A stretch of 64,000 bases of DNA. Source: Actinomycetes bacterium. GTDB lineage: Bacteria > Actinomycetota > Actinomycetes > Actinomycetales > Demequinaceae. Made by a program: the position numbers and the translations under genes. The notes under the pieces are model-generated. The model worked only from the letters and a program-made list of their open reading frames with translations, did not search any database and was not told the DNA's origin. The DNA is taken from contig JAEZXC010000066.1 of the NCBI GenBank assembly GCA_023442845.1, positions 499-64,498 of the forward strand. The letters run 5' to 3'. Of the stretch, positions 10,539 through 21,192 are shown in pieces; the stretch's first letter is position 1; the number at the start of each line of letters is the position of its first letter.

Positions 10539-10656
10539 GGTGGTTTATTGACACCTCGCTAAAAAGAAATCTTTGTATACGCCTTTGTAAACCCTTTATT
10601 GAGCTCTTCACGCATTGAACCACACTTGGTAGGGTCCCCGCGCTGTCAGAGGCGTT

Positions 10657-11109
10657 TTAAAGCGTCGTGGACACTCCGGTTGAGCCGTGACCGCCCGCAC
10701 CGCGTTCAGTTTCATCGAGTTCATCGACTTCCACCAGCGGGCTGAGCTCGACCTTCTGCACAACCAACTGTGCGATTCGATCGCCTTTGGCGATCTCCAC
10801 CGCATTGGTCGGATCCAAGTTGATCAGGCAGACTTTAAGCTCACCACGGTAACCGGCATCAACCGTGCCGGGAGCGTTGACGATGGATAGCCCCTTTTTG
10901 AAAGCCAATCCGGAGCGAGGATGAACCAATCCCACTGTGCCCGCCGGCAAAGCAATGGCAATACCGGTTCCCACGAGCGCCCGCTGCCCTGGTGCTAGGA
11001 CGACATCCTCCGCTGAGCTCAAATCCACACCGGCATCATCGGCATGCGCACGCTGGGGAATCACAGCGTCTTTAGCGAGCTTTTTCACTTGCACCGGGGC
11101 ATAAGTCAT
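10657..11109 (-). CDS. dut: dUTP diphosphatase
   Basis: [33 protein letters not shown]. Confidence 0.97.
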   Translation of the reverse strand: MTYAPVQVKKLAKDAVIPQRAHADDAGVDLSSAEDVVLAPGQRALVGTGIAIALPAGTVGLVHPRSGLAFKKGLSIVNAPGTVDAGYRGELKVCLINLDPTNAVEIAKGDRIAQLVVQKVELSPLVEVDELDETERGAGGHGSTGVSTTL

Positions 11110-11200
11110 CTCTTTGTATATCCTTCGCTGTCGCGTCTTTTAAGAACCGCACTTCGGCCTTGTCAGTACCGAGCATAGCCGTGCCCTAGAATGGATAACC

Positions 11201-11752
11201 GTGAGTGGAAAAGATAACCTGCAGCCTCGTCGCAGCGACAGCTCAGCATCCGTCTCTGAAGGAGCGGCAATAACAATGAGCTCGAGCGGAGATTCATCGA
11301 TTGTCTATTCCGAAAAGCTCTGGGTTCCCTGGTGGTTCTGGATACTCGGCGCTGCTGCCGTTTTCGTATGCACGGCCCAGATTGGCTTTAACCGTTCACC
11401 GATTTGGCTTGTCGTCGGCGGCATTATTTGTCTGGCCGTGGGCGTGTGGGTGCTGTTGACAATGTCGAAGACCACGGTGTCCGTGGAAGTGGACAGCACT
11501 GGTGAACGCTGGCTTCACGCTGGCACGGCAGTTTTGCCAGCATCGGTTGTTGCCAAATCCCTGGTGGTCCCGAAGTCCGCGCAGCGCAATGCGTTGGGCC
11601 GTCAGCTCGATCCAGCAGCATTCCTGGTTACGCACACGTGGATTCCCACGATGGTGCTGCTAGTCCTCGACGATCCGGACGACCCAACCCCCTATTGGCT
11701 GGTCTCCACCCGCCGCCCCGAGGCACTGCTTGATAGTCTCTTCGACCGCTAG
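11201..11752 (+). CDS. DUF3093 membrane protein
   Basis: YSEKLWVPWWFW, GRQLDPAAF, DDPDDPTPYWLVSTRRP; divergent from dut. Confidence 0.88.
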   Translation: MSGKDNLQPRRSDSSASVSEGAAITMSSSGDSSIVYSEKLWVPWWFWILGAAAVFVCTAQIGFNRSPIWLVVGGIICLAVGVWVLLTMSKTTVSVEVDSTGERWLHAGTAVLPASVVAKSLVVPKSAQRNALGRQLDPAAFLVTHTWIPTMVLLVLDDPDDPTPYWLVSTRRPEALLDSLFDR

Positions 11753-11798
11753 GTCACAATCTCTCACCGCCGCTACACGCTTGCCGACGGCTCCAGCG

Positions 11799-11826
11799 CC
11801 GCCATTACCGTGATAGTGGCGGTTTT
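11799..11826 (+). terminator. Probable terminator between DUF3093 and DUF4193 genes
   Basis: CCGCCATTA/TAGTGGCGG stem followed by TTTT. Confidence 0.55.
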
Positions 11827-11861
11827 CCTTTTCCTAGGAAGGTATCCCGGCTGTGCGGGGA

Positions 11862-12158
11862 TTAGGCACAGTCCTGGCAGATGGGGAATCCATCGCCGTT
11901 ATCGATTGCGATCATTGAGTGGTGCATCACCATGAAGCAAGAGCCACAGGTGAATTCATCCTCCCCCTTCGGGGCAACATCCATATCAAATTCTTCACCC
12001 GCGATGTCGGCGACCGGCAACTCGAACGGCTCAACAATTTCGCCGTCGTCAGTGTCGTCGATTTCCTTCTCAGCAGATGCAGCCTGAAGGCCCTCGAGGG
12101 AATCGGTCTCCAGCTCTTCGGTTTCACGAGTACGCGGGGCATCGTAGTTTACAGCCAT
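11862..12158 (-). CDS. DUF4193 family Zn-ribbon protein
   Basis: YDAPR, EFTCGSCF, ICQDC. Confidence 0.88.
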   Translation of the reverse strand: MAVNYDAPRTRETEELETDSLEGLQAASAEKEIDDTDDGEIVEPFELPVADIAGEEFDMDVAPKGEDEFTCGSCFMVMHHSMIAIDNGDGFPICQDCA

Positions 12159-12352
12159 GTCCCAAACCTTCTTTCTGGACCTTTGCTAGACATTGTGAAC
12201 TGACTTTTTCTCGGAGAATACAACGCGTTGAGACGATTGACACCCTGTACTCTCCAGTGCCTTTCTCAGCGGATATTAAGGCAATTCACGCAATCTGTCA
12301 TCTCTGCAGGTCAGAATAGGTTTCTATGCCCATAAGCCGTGGAGAGGATAAC

Positions 12353-12970
12353 ATGATGGCTATGAGTTCAGGCCCCGCGAGCACTTCGAGCGCATCACAT
12401 CGACGAAAAATTGTTCCCTACGTGGTGGTTTCCGTAGTTGCTGTAGTGATTGCCGCTACGTCGTGGGTATTGGCATTCCGCAGCCAACCGGCCAGTTATC
12501 CGGTCCCCTGTACCCTCCCCGCGGCTGGCACCCCTGTTTCCTCCACCACGCTAATCGGAGAACACGTCGTTCCACCGTCGGATGTTCATGTGCGCGTCTA
12601 TAACGCCAACGGCAAAGTCGGCCAGGCTACAACCGTCGCCGAGCAATTGCGGCAGCTCGATTTTGTTCTCGATGAGCAGGTTCCCTACGGCAACGACCCT
12701 ATTGTGGAAAACCAAGACCTCGGCTGCTTCGGCCAGCTGCGTTATGGCGAGCAGTTCAATGGCCACGCCGCAGCGCTTCACGCTCTTTTCCCCTGTTTTG
12801 AGCTCATCCACGATGGACGGCCGGATGCAACCGTCGATGTGTCGTTGGGTAAGGGGTTTAAGGACCTCGAAGTAGCCAGCCAGGTTGAGGAAACGTTGTC
12901 CGCATTGAACCGTGGCGAACAAGCCGACCTAGAGGGGTTGAACTCGTTAGGCTCGAGCACCTGCTCCTAG
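12353..12970 (+). CDS. cei: Envelope integrity protein Cei (LytR_C domain, Rv2700-like)
   Basis: Single N-terminal TM, VRVYNANG, YGNDP, CFGQLRYG; position between DUF4193 and suhB; GGAGAGGA RBS before ATG 12353. Confidence 0.8.
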   Translation: MMAMSSGPASTSSASHRRKIVPYVVVSVVAVVIAATSWVLAFRSQPASYPVPCTLPAAGTPVSSTTLIGEHVVPPSDVHVRVYNANGKVGQATTVAEQLRQLDFVLDEQVPYGNDPIVENQDLGCFGQLRYGEQFNGHAAALHALFPCFELIHDGRPDATVDVSLGKGFKDLEVASQVEETLSALNRGEQADLEGLNSLGSSTCS

Positions 12971-12979
12971 ACCGACGCA

Positions 12980-13957
12980 CTAATTCCTAGCCTTCGCGAT
13001 AGCACCATCCAATGCCTCGAAGAACGCATCGGCAACTTCAGGATTCGCCGCACCGACACCGAAGTCGAGCGGGTCTCCCTCCGGCCGGCCAGCAGCGTTA
13101 GCACACTGCGTGAATTCCGGAACCCTAATTCTTGCGCCTGCTTCAGCCGCAATCAGAGCACCTGCTGCATAGTCCCAAATCTTGATGTCGTGTTCGTAAT
13201 ACGCATCAACACGGCCGTGCGCCACCATGCACAAATCAAGCGCCGCCGATCCCATGCGACGAATATCTCGACACTCCCCCAGCAACTGCGACGCTATCCG
13301 GCCCTGCACCTTCCGGAGACTAGCGGAATAGCTGAATCCCGTTGCCACAAGTGTCTTTTCCAGCTCGGCCGTTGAGGAACAATTAAGTGCCTGCATAGTG
13401 CCGTCCCGCCGAGAAACCTGAGCGCCCTCTCCCTTTGCTGCACTGTAAATCTCTACCGAGGACACATTTGCCACTGCACCCGCCACTACCTCATCGCCTA
13501 CGGCGCAGGCGATACTCACAGCAAAATTGGGCAGGCCGTAGAGGAAATTCACTGTGCCATCGATGGGGTCTACGATCCAGGTCACCGCTTCGGCCGCGTC
13601 AGTAGCTTGCGCTGGAGAGTCCGCGCCGTCGTCAAGCCCACCTTCTTCGCCCAAAATTCGGTCGGAGCTGCTAAATGCCTTGATGAGAGAACGAATGAGC
13701 TCCTCAGATTCACGGTCGACGACGGTGACGGGGTCAACAGCTGAGGACTTCGTTTCGGAGCTTGCTAAAACGCCATCCGAGCCGAGTTCGACCCGACGAC
13801 TGGCGATGTGCGCCGCAGCTGCGCGGGCGATAAGTACCGCACGATCGCGCAATTCCCTGACGCTGGGTCGCACGGATCCGGGGCTATTCGGTGCACTAAA
13901 CCCCCTATTATTTGTCCTGCTAGCGAGTTGTTCGGTGCCACGCGAGTTAATGCTCAT
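12980..13957 (-). CDS. suhB: Inositol monophosphatase family protein
   Basis: ILGEEG, WIVDPIDGTVNF, RRMGSAALDL, WDYAAG; start trimmed to ATG 13957 because the 14188 start overlaps ppgK. Confidence 0.9.
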   Translation of the reverse strand: MSINSRGTEQLASRTNNRGFSAPNSPGSVRPSVRELRDRAVLIARAAAAHIASRRVELGSDGVLASSETKSSAVDPVTVVDRESEELIRSLIKAFSSSDRILGEEGGLDDGADSPAQATDAAEAVTWIVDPIDGTVNFLYGLPNFAVSIACAVGDEVVAGAVANVSSVEIYSAAKGEGAQVSRRDGTMQALNCSSTAELEKTLVATGFSYSASLRKVQGRIASQLLGECRDIRRMGSAALDLCMVAHGRVDAYYEHDIKIWDYAAGALIAAEAGARIRVPEFTQCANAAGRPEGDPLDFGVGAANPEVADAFFEALDGAIAKARN

Positions 13958-13991
13958 GCCCCCATTGTGTCTGTTTCGTACAATTTGAGCT

Positions 13992-14747
13992 ATGGGACAA
14001 CGAATTGGATTTGGCATCGACGTGGGAGGCTCCGGAATCAAGGGTGGCCGCGTGGACCTTGATACTGGGCAGCTAATTGGCGACCGCATTAAGATTTTCA
14101 CGCCACAGCCGGCAACCCCGGAGGCGGTTGCGAAGACCATTGCAGAAATTGTGGACATTGCGAAGTGGGATTCCGATGTCGGCATCACGATTCCGTCCGT
14201 CGTACAGAATCAGATTGCCTTGCTGGCCGCCAATATTGACGGTTCTTGGGTTAATACGAACTGCCAAGAGCTCTTCGCTAAATACCTGCCCAACAACAAG
14301 GCGCACGTGCTTAACGACGCTGACGCTGCCGGCCTTGCTGAAGTCCAGTTTGGCGATCCGGGCAATAAGACAGGCGCCGTGTTGTTGCTGACTTTTGGTA
14401 CCGGCATCGGCTCCGCGCTTATTCATGACGGACTGCTATACCCCAATTCGGAGTTAGGCCACCTCATCATTGATGGCATGGAGGCCGAGCACTTTGCGTC
14501 CGCGAGAGTTAAAGATGTTGAGGGGCTCGGCTTCGAAGAGTGGGCTGAGCGCGTGAGCAAGGTGCTTAAGACCTACGAGGCGCTGTTTTGGCCGTCACGA
14601 ATCATCGTCGGCGGCGGAATCAGCCGCGAACACGAAAAGTGGATTCCGCTGTTGACATGTAAGACTCCAGTTGTGCCCGCAAGTTTGGATAATAATGCGG
14701 GTATTGCTGGCGCCGCCTTTGCAGCTGACCAGGGGCTTTACCCTTAA
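13992..14747 (+). CDS. ppgK: Polyphosphate/ATP glucokinase
   Basis: GIDVGGSGIKG, TPQPATP, NDADAAGLAE, GTGIGSA, ELGH; upstream of sigA. Confidence 0.95.
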   Translation: MGQRIGFGIDVGGSGIKGGRVDLDTGQLIGDRIKIFTPQPATPEAVAKTIAEIVDIAKWDSDVGITIPSVVQNQIALLAANIDGSWVNTNCQELFAKYLPNNKAHVLNDADAAGLAEVQFGDPGNKTGAVLLLTFGTGIGSALIHDGLLYPNSELGHLIIDGMEAEHFASARVKDVEGLGFEEWAERVSKVLKTYEALFWPSRIIVGGGISREHEKWIPLLTCKTPVVPASLDNNAGIAGAAFAADQGLYP

Positions 14748-14842
14748 ACAGTTTCATTTCTTATACGGGGATTGATTGCTACGTGGCGGGCGTGACACGT
14801 GCTTGAAGCCATGCCCCGTGGCGGCGATTTTCAGAATTGGTT

Positions 14843-14848
14843 TACAAT
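14843..14848 (+). promoter_or_regulatory. Candidate -10 hexamer (TACAAT) for sigA, implying a 5' leader of about 290 nt
   Basis: TACAAT in the ppgK-sigA intergenic region; no mapped TSS. Confidence 0.4.
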
Positions 14849-15142
14849 AAGAAGTTGACTCACGGCAAGGTTGAATAATCAACAGGCTCGAGGAGGATTG
14901 GGAAAATCGAATTCAAGCGCACTGCTTCGATGAGGATTTTCACCGATTACTTCTTCGATAAGAGCCAGAAAGCAACACTGATGACCGTGGCACGAAAAGG
15001 TCAGCTCTGAATGTTTTCCATTCGGCTAGTTGGCTATAGACGAAGTAAAGGCGCACCACTGGCGCGTTGAGCTTCTCTCTGACAGAGAGAAGCTGGCGGC
15101 GGCTTTGGCGGCGCACACAACGTACATCGTGAAAGGGCGTTC

Positions 15143-16705
15143 GTGGCAGGCAACGAACTGGGGCAAGCTCAGGACCAATCCACCGGGAGTGGCACCGGTT
15201 CAGCTACTCCTGCAAAGAAGGCTGTAAAGAAGGCCATCAAGAAGGCAGTAAAGAAGACCGCGGCAAAGAAGACTGCCGCGAAGAAAACTGCTGCCAAAAA
15301 GACGGCTGCTACCAAGACTGCGGCGAAAAAGGCGACCGCTAAGAAGGCAGCTGCCAAGAAGACCGTGAAGAAGGCGGCCAAGAAGTCGGTCGCTAAGAAG
15401 ACCACGCGTAAGGCCGCCGCCAAGAAGGCAACTAAGCGAACAACGGCTGCGAAGGCCACCGCGGCCAAGGCTGCTGCGGCGAAGGCGAAGGACGCGCAGG
15501 CTCTCGACGCAACTGAGAACGAAGAGCTCGAGGACGAGGAACTCGACCACGACTTGGAGCAGGAGCGGGACTACGACCCGGATCTAGATGATGATCTCGA
15601 AGACGATGATCTTCACGACGATCTGGATGATGACGACCTCGAAGACGACGACCTCGACGAGGATGGAGAAGAGGACGACGAGGACGAGGACGAAGACGAG
15701 GATGAAGAGGACGAGGGCGACGAGGTCTGGAACGAGGACGAGTCCGCTCGTCTGCGTCAGGCCCGCAAGGATGCTGCCCTCACTGCCTCCGCTGACTCTG
15801 TCCGCGCCTACCTCAAGCAGATTGGTAAGGTCGCGCTGCTGACTGCCGAGGAAGAGGTCAGTCTGGCAAAGCGCATCGAGGCCGGTCTGTACGCGCAGTA
15901 CAAAATTGACGAGGCCAAGGAAGCCGGCGAGCGCATCGCTTACGCTCAAAAGCGCGACTTGCGCGAGATTTCTCGCGACGGTCAGCGCGCCAAGAATCAC
16001 CTACTCGAGGCCAACCTCCGTCTCGTGGTGTCCCTGGCAAAGCGCTACACCGGCCGTGGCATGGCCTTCCTCGACTTGATTCAGGAAGGCAACCTCGGCC
16101 TGATTCGCGCGGTCGAGAAGTTCGACTACACAAAGGGCTACAAGTTCTCCACGTACGCAACGTGGTGGATTCGCCAGGCCATTACTCGTGCAATGGCCGA
16201 CCAGGCTCGAACCATTCGTATTCCGGTTCACATGGTTGAGGTCATTAATAAGCTCGGCCGTATCCAGCGTGAGCTGCTCCAGGATCTGGGCCGCGAGCCC
16301 ACTCCGGAGGAGCTCGCTAAGGAAATGGATATCACCGAGGAAAAGGTCCTCGAGATTCAGCAGTACGCTCGTGAACCGATTTCGCTGGACCAGACCATCG
16401 GTGACGAGGGCGACTCCCAGCTCGGTGACTTCATTGAGGACTCCGAGGCAGTCATCGCCGTGGACGCCGTTAGCTTCACGCTCCTCCAGGATCAGCTTGG
16501 CGACGTTCTGGAGACACTCTCCGAACGTGAAGCCGGTGTCGTCCGTCTGCGCTTCGGCCTTACCGACGGCATGCCACGTACCCTGGACGAGATTGGTCAG
16601 GTCTACGGTGTGACGCGCGAGCGCATCCGTCAGATTGAGTCCAAGACGATGTCCAAGCTGCGTCACCCATCGCGTTCGCAGGTGCTGCGCGACTACTTGG
16701 AGTAA
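15143..16705 (+). CDS. sigA: Primary RNA polymerase sigma factor SigA (Corynebacteriales type)
   Basis: [55 protein letters not shown], region 4 [10 protein letters not shown]-rich and acidic N-terminus. Confidence 0.97.
   Translation: MAGNELGQAQDQSTGSGTGSATPAKKAVKKAIKKAVKKTAAKKTAAKKTAAKKTAATKTAAKKATAKKAAAKKTVKKAAKKSVAKKTTRKAAAKKATKRTTAAKATAAKAAAAKAKDAQALDATENEELEDEELDHDLEQERDYDPDLDDDLEDDDLHDDLDDDDLEDDDLDEDGEEDDEDEDEDEDEEDEGDEVWNEDESARLRQARKDAALTASADSVRAYLKQIGKVALLTAEEEVSLAKRIEAGLYAQYKIDEAKEAGERIAYAQKRDLREISRDGQRAKNHLLEANLRLVVSLAKRYTGRGMAFLDLIQEGNLGLIRAVEKFDYTKGYKFSTYATWWIRQAITRAMADQARTIRIPVHMVEVINKLGRIQRELLQDLGREPTPEELAKEMDITEEKVLEIQQYAREPISLDQTIGDEGDSQLGDFIEDSEAVIAVDAVSFTLLQDQLGDVLETLSEREAGVVRLRFGLTDGMPRTLDEIGQVYGVTRERIRQIESKTMSKLRHPSRSQVLRDYLE
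15212..15730 (+). repeat. Low-complexity sigA N-terminus: AKKT/AAKK repeats followed by Asp/Glu tract
   Basis: Degenerate tandem repeats encoding [10 protein letters not shown]..., then DDDLEDDDL... Confidence 0.85.
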
Positions 16706-16746
16706 AGCTTTAACCTGGAGTCGTAAATGCGCTAACTGCTTGACTA

Positions 16747-16796
16747 GAAAATCGGGCTTGAATTAGGTTTCACACCTTATTCGGGCCCGATTTTTC
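16747..16796 (+). terminator. sigA terminator
   Basis: GAAAATCGGGCTTGAAT...ATTCGGGCCCGATTTTTC long stem with T-tract. Confidence 0.75.
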
Positions 16797-16816
16797 TTTA
16801 GGTGTCAGGGTTAGTG

Positions 16817-16931
16817 AGTTACTGACTGCGTTTATGGCGGGCGGCGGTAGGCAAATCCAAGTTACTGACTGCGTTTATGTCAAAAATGGCCTGAAAAATG
16901 GCCTGAAAGTGTCATAAACTCACACAGTTTC
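16817..16931. repeat. Intergenic composite repeat
   Basis: 20-bp exact direct repeat AGTTACTGACTGCGTTTATG (16817-16836, 16860-16879); 12-bp tandem AAAAATGGCCTG (16882-16905); degenerate inverted copy at 16913-16931. Confidence 0.8.
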
Positions 16932-16943
16932 ACATTTGCAGCC

Positions 16944-16975
16944 AAAAGCCCCGGACCACCAAAGTGGAACGGGGC
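16944..16975 (-). terminator. Probable terminator of DASS transporter gene
   Basis: AAAA-GCCCCG..CCAC/GTGG..CGGGGC hairpin, U-tail on minus strand. Confidence 0.55.
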
Positions 16976-17065
16976 GAAGGAGCATCTAAGCAACGCTAGG
17001 CGAAGCGGTCCGGTGGTGGTCCAGCACACTGAACCACCATCCTCTACCGGCTACTAAATACTCAA

Positions 17066-18673
17066 CTAGTACACGACGCCGAATACCCACTGCAGCAGCG
17101 TCAGCGATGCCACAGAAATCACAATCAGTGCGACGACGTTCAGCCAGACACCAGCCTTGACCATGTTGTCCATGCTGACGTAGCCAGAGCCGTAGGCGAT
17201 CGCATTCGGCGGTGTTGCAACCGGCATCATGAAGGCCGAAGTAGCTGCCAGTGCAACTGGAACGGCGAAAATCATCTGGTCGTGGCCCAGACCGATAGCC
17301 ATGGCACCTACCAACGGCAGGAAGGTCGCAGCTGTTGCGGTGTTAGAGGTGAACTCGGTCAGGAACAGCACAACGGCGCCGACGACAACCACGAGTGCAG
17401 CCACTGGCATCCAGCCGAGGGTAGACAGCTGCTCGCCAATCCAGTCCGACAGCCCAGAGGCACCGAACTGCGAGGACAGTGCCAGGCCACCACCGAACAG
17501 CAGCAGCACGCCCCACGGCAGCTCTAACGCATTTTCCCAACGCATAAGCTTAACGCCATCAGGACCGCCCGGAATAAGGAACAGCGCAATACCCACGGTC
17601 ATTGCGATCACCGCATCGGCAATCTTGGTGTCGGGCAGTAGCACCGGAACAAAGACCCACGCCAGTGCAGCCGCGATAAACACCATGAGCACGCGACGCT
17701 CACCAGTCGACATACGGCCAAGGCGCTTCAGCTCTTCACGCATGAGTTCGCGACCACCTGGAATATGCGTAATCTCCGGCTTAAACAGAACATTTGTCAG
17801 CAGGAACCATGCACAGAGCATGAGCACAACCGCCACTGGGACACCGAGCAGCATCCACTGGCCAAACCCAATATTGACTCCCTGCTCCGCCATGTAGGCC
17901 GCCAGCATAGCGTTCGGAGGAGTACCAATAATGGTGCCCAGCGAGCCAATCGATGCCGCGTAAGCGATACCCAGCATCAGCGCGATACCGAAGTTCGACT
18001 TTGGCATCGGGTCATAGCTTGACGACGACTCCTCGGCCTCCTCCAGCGCATCCCCACCGGGGGTTTCAGCGACGGATTCACTCGCAGATCCCGCATCCTC
18101 TGCAGCAGTCTTCTCATCGTGCAGCATTCGGACAATCAGGCTCAGGACGGACACACCGATTGGCAGCATCATCACGGCCGTGGCCGTGTTGGATACCCAC
18201 ATCGACAGGAAGCCAGTAGCCACCATGAAGCCGAGAATCAGCATCTTTGGTGACGACCCCATGAGCACCAGGACCCACAATGCGACACGCTTGTGAAGGT
18301 TCCAACGCTGCATCGCCAGTGCCAACAGGAAGCCGCCCATAAAGAGGAAGATGGTCGGGTCTGTGTACTTGCCCGAGAAATCCTTAATCTCCGCGAGGTT
18401 GAGAATCGGGAATAGCGCCAGCGGCAGCAGAGCCGTAACGGCGATCGGGATAGCCTCGGACATCCACCACACGGCCATAAGCACTGCTACACCTGCGGTT
18501 GCACGCAGGTTGTGATCGAGCTCAGCCGGCATAAAGAAGTACACGAGCAGGGACAGAATAATACCGAGCCCTAGACCTGTGCGCTTACGGAAAAGCTCCC
18601 GGCTGAGGTAACCACGGTCTTGTTGACCAGGTGACAGTTCCGGGGAGTTGTCGCGCGTAGATGTCGCTGCCAC
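17066..18673 (-). CDS. DASS/SLC13 sodium:dicarboxylate symporter
   Basis: Two SNT motifs (MWVSNTAT, EFTSNTAT), GTPPN, PVATPPNAI; many TMs. Confidence 0.92.
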   Translation of the reverse strand: MAATSTRDNSPELSPGQQDRGYLSRELFRKRTGLGLGIILSLLVYFFMPAELDHNLRATAGVAVLMAVWWMSEAIPIAVTALLPLALFPILNLAEIKDFSGKYTDPTIFLFMGGFLLALAMQRWNLHKRVALWVLVLMGSSPKMLILGFMVATGFLSMWVSNTATAVMMLPIGVSVLSLIVRMLHDEKTAAEDAGSASESVAETPGGDALEEAEESSSSYDPMPKSNFGIALMLGIAYAASIGSLGTIIGTPPNAMLAAYMAEQGVNIGFGQWMLLGVPVAVVLMLCAWFLLTNVLFKPEITHIPGGRELMREELKRLGRMSTGERRVLMVFIAAALAWVFVPVLLPDTKIADAVIAMTVGIALFLIPGGPDGVKLMRWENALELPWGVLLLFGGGLALSSQFGASGLSDWIGEQLSTLGWMPVAALVVVVGAVVLFLTEFTSNTATAATFLPLVGAMAIGLGHDQMIFAVPVALAATSAFMMPVATPPNAIAYGSGYVSMDNMVKAGVWLNVVALIVISVASLTLLQWVFGVVY

Positions 18674-18954
18674 GATTCACGCTCCTATTCAATAATCAGC
18701 AGACATCCTGTATTGCACACATGTTGAAACGTTTACCGCATGTAGGGGATGCCAAATGTGGGTACTTTCTGACACCAATATCATTACCAATACTCGGCCA
18801 AATATGAGATTTCACTAAGAAACCCCCGGCCGAAACTGCAGGCAGTTGGACTTCGGGGGTGGATTACGGGGTTAGCTCATTTCCTCATCGCGCATCTGGC
18901 GTTAACCGAAACTCCGGACACAAAGTAAGACCGCTATTGACTTCGCGTCCAAAC

Positions 18955-19410
18955 TCACTCCGATTGCTTCTTTGGCTGATCGGTCCCCATCTGCTTAGAG
19001 ATACACTCGGCATATTCTCCCGAGGTGCGCTCGAACTTCTCGCACTTCGACATCGCATCTGATGTCGACGAATACAGCATCAGCGACACCACGGCGGCTG
19101 CAATACCCGTCACAATGCCGACAACGCCCAATCCGAACGAACCGCTGATGACCGCGTCTCCCCCAGCTGCCTGCACGCGTTTCTTAGCGCTCATTGCCTT
19201 CGCCATCGCGATGATGCCCAGAACAATGCCAAAGGCGCCGAGGATGCCACCAACAATCATCCAGGACATCAAGAGTCCGCCGACGCCAAAGATCAGTGCC
19301 AGCACACCAATATTCCGACCGTCATTGCCTGGTACAGCCGACAAACCACCGACGGTCAATTCCGACGGCCTCGACTTATCACTGCTTGCCGACATACTTC
19401 TCTCCACCAT
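18955..19410 (-). CDS. DUF4190-like membrane protein
   Basis: Three hydrophobic helices plus C-terminal Cys pair; typical neighbour of the helicase. Confidence 0.6.
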   Translation of the reverse strand: MVERSMSASSDKSRPSELTVGGLSAVPGNDGRNIGVLALIFGVGGLLMSWMIVGGILGAFGIVLGIIAMAKAMSAKKRVQAAGGDAVISGSFGLGVVGIVTGIAAAVVSLMLYSSTSDAMSKCEKFERTSGEYAECISKQMGTDQPKKQSE

Positions 19411-19446
19411 AATTTGCCCGATAGATTGCTCAGTTCGTTTGAAACC

Positions 19447-21192
19447 CTACCAATTACGCAGGTAGCTAATGCGATCGCGCAACTGCTCCTCCGTACACAG
19501 TGCAGTCGGCGGGCCACCACAGGCGCGCCGAACCTCGTTATGCACCTGACCATGCGGCTTCCCGGTTCGCGCCGCTGTCATCGACACCAGCGTATTGAGC
19601 TCCTTCCGCAACTTCGGCAACACCTCACTGGCCACCTTCTGCGGCCTCGGGTACGCCGATCCCTCAATGCGGTGGACCGCGCCCCCTTCGCCTCCGCTTG
19701 ACGACGATTCCCTCGCCTCCTCGCGGGCTTCCTTCTCTCGGGCACTGGCGGCTTTAAGCTGTTCATCCTGCCGCTGACGCAGCAGGAGTCGCATCTGGTC
19801 GGCGTCGAGAAGCCCTGGCAAACCCAGATAGTCGGCCTCTTCGGCGGAACCGGCAACGGTTGCGGTGCCGTAGGAGGAGCCGTCGTAGATGAGGTAGTCG
19901 AGTTCAGCATCCGCGCCAATGGATTCGTAGGCCGGCAGCAATTCGTCGGGCTCATCCTTGCGGCGATTGGCTTCAGCGACCAAGTCATCTTCCCAGCCTT
20001 CCGAAGGCCGATCCGGCTTGCCGAGCACGTGGTTGCGTTGCACCTCCATCTGCGAGGCCAAGTCGAGCAGCACCGGAATCGACGGCAAGAAGACGGAAGC
20101 AGTCTCCCCCGGCATGCGGCTTCGCACGAATCGTCCGATAGCCTGCGCGAAGAATAGTGGAGTCGAGGAACTGGTCGCGTACACACCGACCGCCAGCCTC
20201 GGCACGTCCACGCCTTCGGAGACCATGCGCACGGCCACCATCCACTCATCGGTGGACTCGGAGAAAGTCTTGATTCGTTCCGACGAGCCCGGTTCATCCG
20301 AGAGCACCAACGCCACCGGCGTAGAGGCAATCTGCTCGAGAATGCGTTTGTACGCACGAGCAGTTGCCGCATCGGAGGCGATAACCAGGCCACCCGCGTC
20401 CGGGATATGCTGCCTCATCTGCGAGAGACGGGTGTGTGCTGCCCGTAGTACAGAAGGCATCCACTCGCCCTTTGGGTCAAGCGCGGTGCGCCAAGCTCGA
20501 GTGGTCTCCTCTGGGCTCATCACGGTACCCAGTCGCGCAGCGAACTCATCACCCGCGCTGTCACGCCAGCGAGCTTCACCGGAGTAAGCCAAAAAGACCA
20601 CTGGGCGCACGACGCCGTCGGCAAGCGCATTGGAATAGCCGTACGTGTAATCGGCGACGGAACGCGAGTATCCATCGCCGTCCGGCGAGTAGCGAACAAA
20701 CGGAATCGCCGCGTCATCGGAGCGGAACGGCGTACCAGTTAGGCACAGGCGGCGTTCGACATCGCCGTAAGCTTCGGAAATGCCGTCGCCCCAGCTCTTG
20801 GCATCGCCGCCGTGGTGCACCTCGTCCAGAATCACCAATGTCGGCCGAGCGGTGGCTACGGCATGGTGCTTAAACGGATGCACTGCGACTTGGGCATAGG
20901 TCACAACAATTCCCTGGTAGGAGGGATTTACCACACCCTTGGCGTTGGAGAATTTGGGATCCAACGCAATCCCCGAACGAGCAGCGGAAGCAGCCCACTG
21001 CACCTTAAGGTGCTCAGTGGGAACTACGACGATGATGCGCTCGACAATCCGACGCGACAGCAACTCACTGGCGATACGCAGGGCAAAGGTCGTCTTACCT
21101 GCGCCCGGTGTCGCCACTGCAAGGAAGTCCTTGGGGTTAGTCGCCAGGTATTTGTCGAGGGCCTCCTGCTGCCATTTACGAAGCCCGCTCAC
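19447..21192 (-). CDS. DEAD/DEAH-box superfamily II helicase
   Basis: ATPGAGKT, DEVHH, LTGTPFR, MVSEGVDVP, QAIGRFVR. Confidence 0.92.
   Translation of the reverse strand: MSGLRKWQQEALDKYLATNPKDFLAVATPGAGKTTFALRIASELLSRRIVERIIVVVPTEHLKVQWAASAARSGIALDPKFSNAKGVVNPSYQGIVVTYAQVAVHPFKHHAVATARPTLVILDEVHHGGDAKSWGDGISEAYGDVERRLCLTGTPFRSDDAAIPFVRYSPDGDGYSRSVADYTYGYSNALADGVVRPVVFLAYSGEARWRDSAGDEFAARLGTVMSPEETTRAWRTALDPKGEWMPSVLRAAHTRLSQMRQHIPDAGGLVIASDAATARAYKRILEQIASTPVALVLSDEPGSSERIKTFSESTDEWMVAVRMVSEGVDVPRLAVGVYATSSSTPLFFAQAIGRFVRSRMPGETASVFLPSIPVLLDLASQMEVQRNHVLGKPDRPSEGWEDDLVAEANRRKDEPDELLPAYESIGADAELDYLIYDGSSYGTATVAGSAEEADYLGLPGLLDADQMRLLLRQRQDEQLKAASAREKEAREEARESSSSGGEGGAVHRIEGSAYPRPQKVASEVLPKLRKELNTLVSMTAARTGKPHGQVHNEVRRACGGPPTALCTEEQLRDRISYLRNW

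Noticed and set aside
14850..15142. Riboswitch or ncRNA in the sigA leader
   Set aside because: No recognisable Rfam-type motif by eye; long sigA leaders are usual
15212..15730. Novel histone-like repeat domain
   Set aside because: K/A-rich and acidic tracts are the normal actinobacterial SigA N-terminus
16817..16879. Mini CRISPR array
   Set aside because: Only two 20-bp copies with a 23-bp spacer and no cas genes
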